Positions 6,017 to 7,745 of a DNA stretch of 7,745 bases are shown here, piece by piece. Numbering within the stretch: position 1 is the first letter of the stretch; each line of letters starts with the position of its first letter. Source of the DNA: Candidatus Wukongarchaeum yapensis (GTDB lineage Archaea > Asgardarchaeota > Wukongarchaeia > Wukongarchaeales > Wukongarchaeaceae); the NCBI GenBank assembly GCA_016840425.1, contig JAEOSI010000100.1, positions 1 through 7,745 of the forward strand. The letters run 5' to 3'. The position numbers and the translations under genes are program-made. The notes beneath the pieces are model-generated. The model searched no databases, had not been told where the DNA came from, and was given only the letters and a program-made list of their open reading frames with translations.

Positions 6017-6877
6017 ATGGGGGTTCCAAAGGAAAACAAGGAAAGTCGTGATGAACTTTTAGAGAACTATGGTCGTGTTCTTGGCAATGAAGTTCGCTGA
6101 CAAATCTTAAAACTATTAGGCAGCCAAAGCACGCTTGGTTTTGTTGAACTGAGAGAAGCTCTAAAGTTAGAAGTTGGCAGTATATATCATCACTTGAAAA
6201 AGATGGGAGCTTTCATCACACAAGATGAGGAAAAAAAGTACTTGCTCACCCCCCTTGGAATTACAGCTTATGAACTGCTTCAAAAAGATGAGGAGTTTTT
6301 ATCAGATGCCCACGAAATAATAGACAAGAAGGAAAGGGTTTTTTCAAAGTTTTTCCTTGCCAGTTTCATATTTTAATATATTAAAGAGAATCTAAAAAGA
6401 TATATCTTGGAAGCCTTTCTCGCCATCGCTATTATTGGATGGGTCTCTTTTCATGCCGATCTTATATCTATTTTAATCTTTTTTGTCGACAAATCAGGGT
6501 TTGAATCTATTGCCATAATGCTTGAAGCAATAGCATCATGGATCGCGATATGGATACTTTTTGAACTCGTTTATCATTTCACAACCCCGAAACCAAGATG
6601 GAATCTAGATTTAGGATTTCTTATATCAATCCCTTTCGCTTTATTGCCCTTGACCCTCTTCCCAACCGTAGTAATTATCACCAAACAGTTTGACATAGAG
6701 ATCATCTTAACCAGTATTACTGCCACCATTATTTTAGTAACACTTCAAGTTTGGACCATAGGAATGCTCTATAAGGCATTAGAAATCAATAAAGAAATAA
6801 AAAGCGAAACAGCGACACGAATAACGCTTAAAGTCACGTATATCTGTATCGCCATAATACTAATATTCATCCTTTGA
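6017..6877 (+). pseudogene. ArsR-like winged-HTH plus multi-pass membrane domain protein, one reading frame broken by two in-frame stops (TGA 6098-6100, TAA 6374-6376)
   Basis: ATG 6017 gives ...LGNEVR*QILKLLGSQSTLGFVELREALKLEVGSIYHHLKKM (HTH)...ASFIF*YIKENLKRYILEAF.... ORF-track pieces 6194-6376 and 6407-6877 lie in this same frame. Confidence 0.8.
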
Positions 6878-6955
6878 AACCTGCAAAATAAAGCAAAAAT
6901 AAGGGGGAAATGAGCCCATATTTTTCAATATTACTTTTCAGATATGATTATTGCT

Positions 6956-7483
6956 TTAGCCTACTACTTTCCAAAATATTTTTCCTTCCTTCTCATGTTT
7001 CTCAAGCATTTTTTTCCTTTCCAAGTTTTCTAAGCCTTCCATGAACTCTCCCTTTTCAAACGGCTTTTTACCTACCTGCGACATACCGAAAACATGTTTT
7101 ATATAGAGTTCCTCGCTAAACATAAACGCACTTGAACCAAAAGCGTCCAAAATGGCAGCCTCTACATCAGAAATATCCGCCTTTTTTACCGAAGGTGCTT
7201 TTTCAACCACAGGTGCCGATACCGGAGAAGGCGTTGCTTCAACCGGTTTTTCCTCAACTTTAGCTGCTATAGGCTGGGAAACTTTTGCACCACCAGGCTC
7301 TGAAGTTTTAACTTTACCTCCAATAAAGCTAGAAAACCCATATTGATCCGCCATACTACGAGTTGCATAAGCTATAAATTCTTCGGCAGAAATAACAATT
7401 TCTTTCTCTACAAGATCTTTTATAAAACGGGCCAAAGCTTTCGGTAACGAAACCTTAAATTCAGTGATCCCCTCTTTAATCAT
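6956..7483 (-). CDS. Hypothetical protein: N-terminal ribbon-helix-helix (CopG/MetJ/Arc-like), Pro/Ala/Lys-rich linker, C-terminal winged-helix-like domain
   Basis: EFKVSLPKALARFIKDLVEKEIVISAEEFIAYATR fits the RHH strand-helix-helix pattern. The C-terminus EAAILDAF...FMEGLENLERKKMLEKHEKEGKIFW fits a winged helix. ATG at 7483 has a GAGGT SD at 7491-7495. Confidence 0.7.
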   Translation of the reverse strand: MIKEGITEFKVSLPKALARFIKDLVEKEIVISAEEFIAYATRSMADQYGFSSFIGGKVKTSEPGGAKVSQPIAAKVEEKPVEATPSPVSAPVVEKAPSVKKADISDVEAAILDAFGSSAFMFSEELYIKHVFGMSQVGKKPFEKGEFMEGLENLERKKMLEKHEKEGKIFWKVVG

Positions 7484-7552
7484 TAAAAAAACCTCGAAAT
7501 ACACAATTTTAAATTTTTTAAAAAATTAAACCACAGTTTATATTGTCCTTTA

Positions 7553-7567
7553 TAATAATAATAATAA
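7553..7567 (+). repeat. (TAA)5 microsatellite in AT-rich intergenic DNA
   Basis: TAATAATAATAATAA seen directly. Confidence 0.6.
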
Positions 7568-7682
7568 CTAGGTAAAAATTGTTACGCCTTAATTAACACG
7601 CAAAAAAAGATAAAACCAAACTTTTTCAAAAAAGAAAAAGGAAAAAAACCAAAAAATTCTATCAATTTATCAACATGTTAAC

Positions 7683-7745
7683 TTATAAGTCAGGTAGTAG
7701 GTCGGAAACTTTTGTCCTGTATCTGTCCCTTAGTTCTTGCTTCTT
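7683..7745 (-). CDS. 3' end of a gene entering from beyond the window; possibly an AMP-binding (acyl-CoA synthetase) C-terminus
   Basis: Open frame KKQELRDRYRTKVSDLLPDL* runs from the window edge. KKQELRDRY resembles the 'K..LR..Y' tail of ANL adenylating enzymes, but 20 aa is too short to be sure. Confidence 0.45.
   Translation of the reverse strand, partial: KKQELRDRYRTKVSDLLPDL

Noticed and set aside
6098-6100. In-frame TGA as selenocysteine or as evidence of a recoded genetic code
   Set aside because: The position corresponds to Arg rather than Cys in the HTH consensus. The second stop is TAA, which cannot encode Sec. thiD and other ORFs use TGA as a normal stop.
6194-6877. Treating 6194-6376 and 6407-6877 as two independent genes
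   Set aside because: Both are in frame with ATG 6017, and 6194 starts in the middle of the HTH. They are fragments of one gene.
7152-7346. Plus-strand 64-aa ORF
   Set aside because: Antisense to the low-complexity linker of the RHH-wH gene.
7512-7527. 16-bp perfect palindrome AATTTTTTAAAAAATT (also AAAAGATCTTTT at 1246-1257 and ACTTATAAGT at 7681-7690)
   Set aside because: All or mostly A/T in very AT-rich intergenic DNA, so expected by chance. There is no independent support for a function.
1-7745. CRISPR array, tRNA or rRNA genes
   Set aside because: No regularly spaced repeats, cloverleaf or rRNA-like sequence was seen on either strand.

Overview
AT-rich, intronless archaeal-type window. 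Shine-Dalgarno sites, a leaderless TATA promoter, a bifunctional PGI/PMI, a Roadblock protein and an ADF-H protein together suggest an Asgard archaeon (inference, not verified). Gene order: Roadblock/LC7 (+), thiD (-), ADF-H/cofilin-family protein with an acidic N-terminal arm (+), a decayed IS200/IS605 remnant missed by the ORF track (left-end hairpin, RHH-like ORF, tnpB 5' fragment; -), SerB-like HAD phosphatase (+), RsmB/NSUN5-like RNA m5C methyltransferase (+), PGI/PMI (-), a wHTH-membrane protein gene broken by two in-frame stops (+), an RHH-linker-winged-helix protein (-), and the 3' end of another gene (-). The standout is 1382-1888: a prokaryotic gene whose product aligns motif by motif with eukaryotic cofilin/twinfilin/GMF actin regulators, but lacks the cofilin N-terminal Ser-Gly motif and the basic F-actin-site residues. 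All family calls come from motif recognition against remembered sequences; no database search was run.
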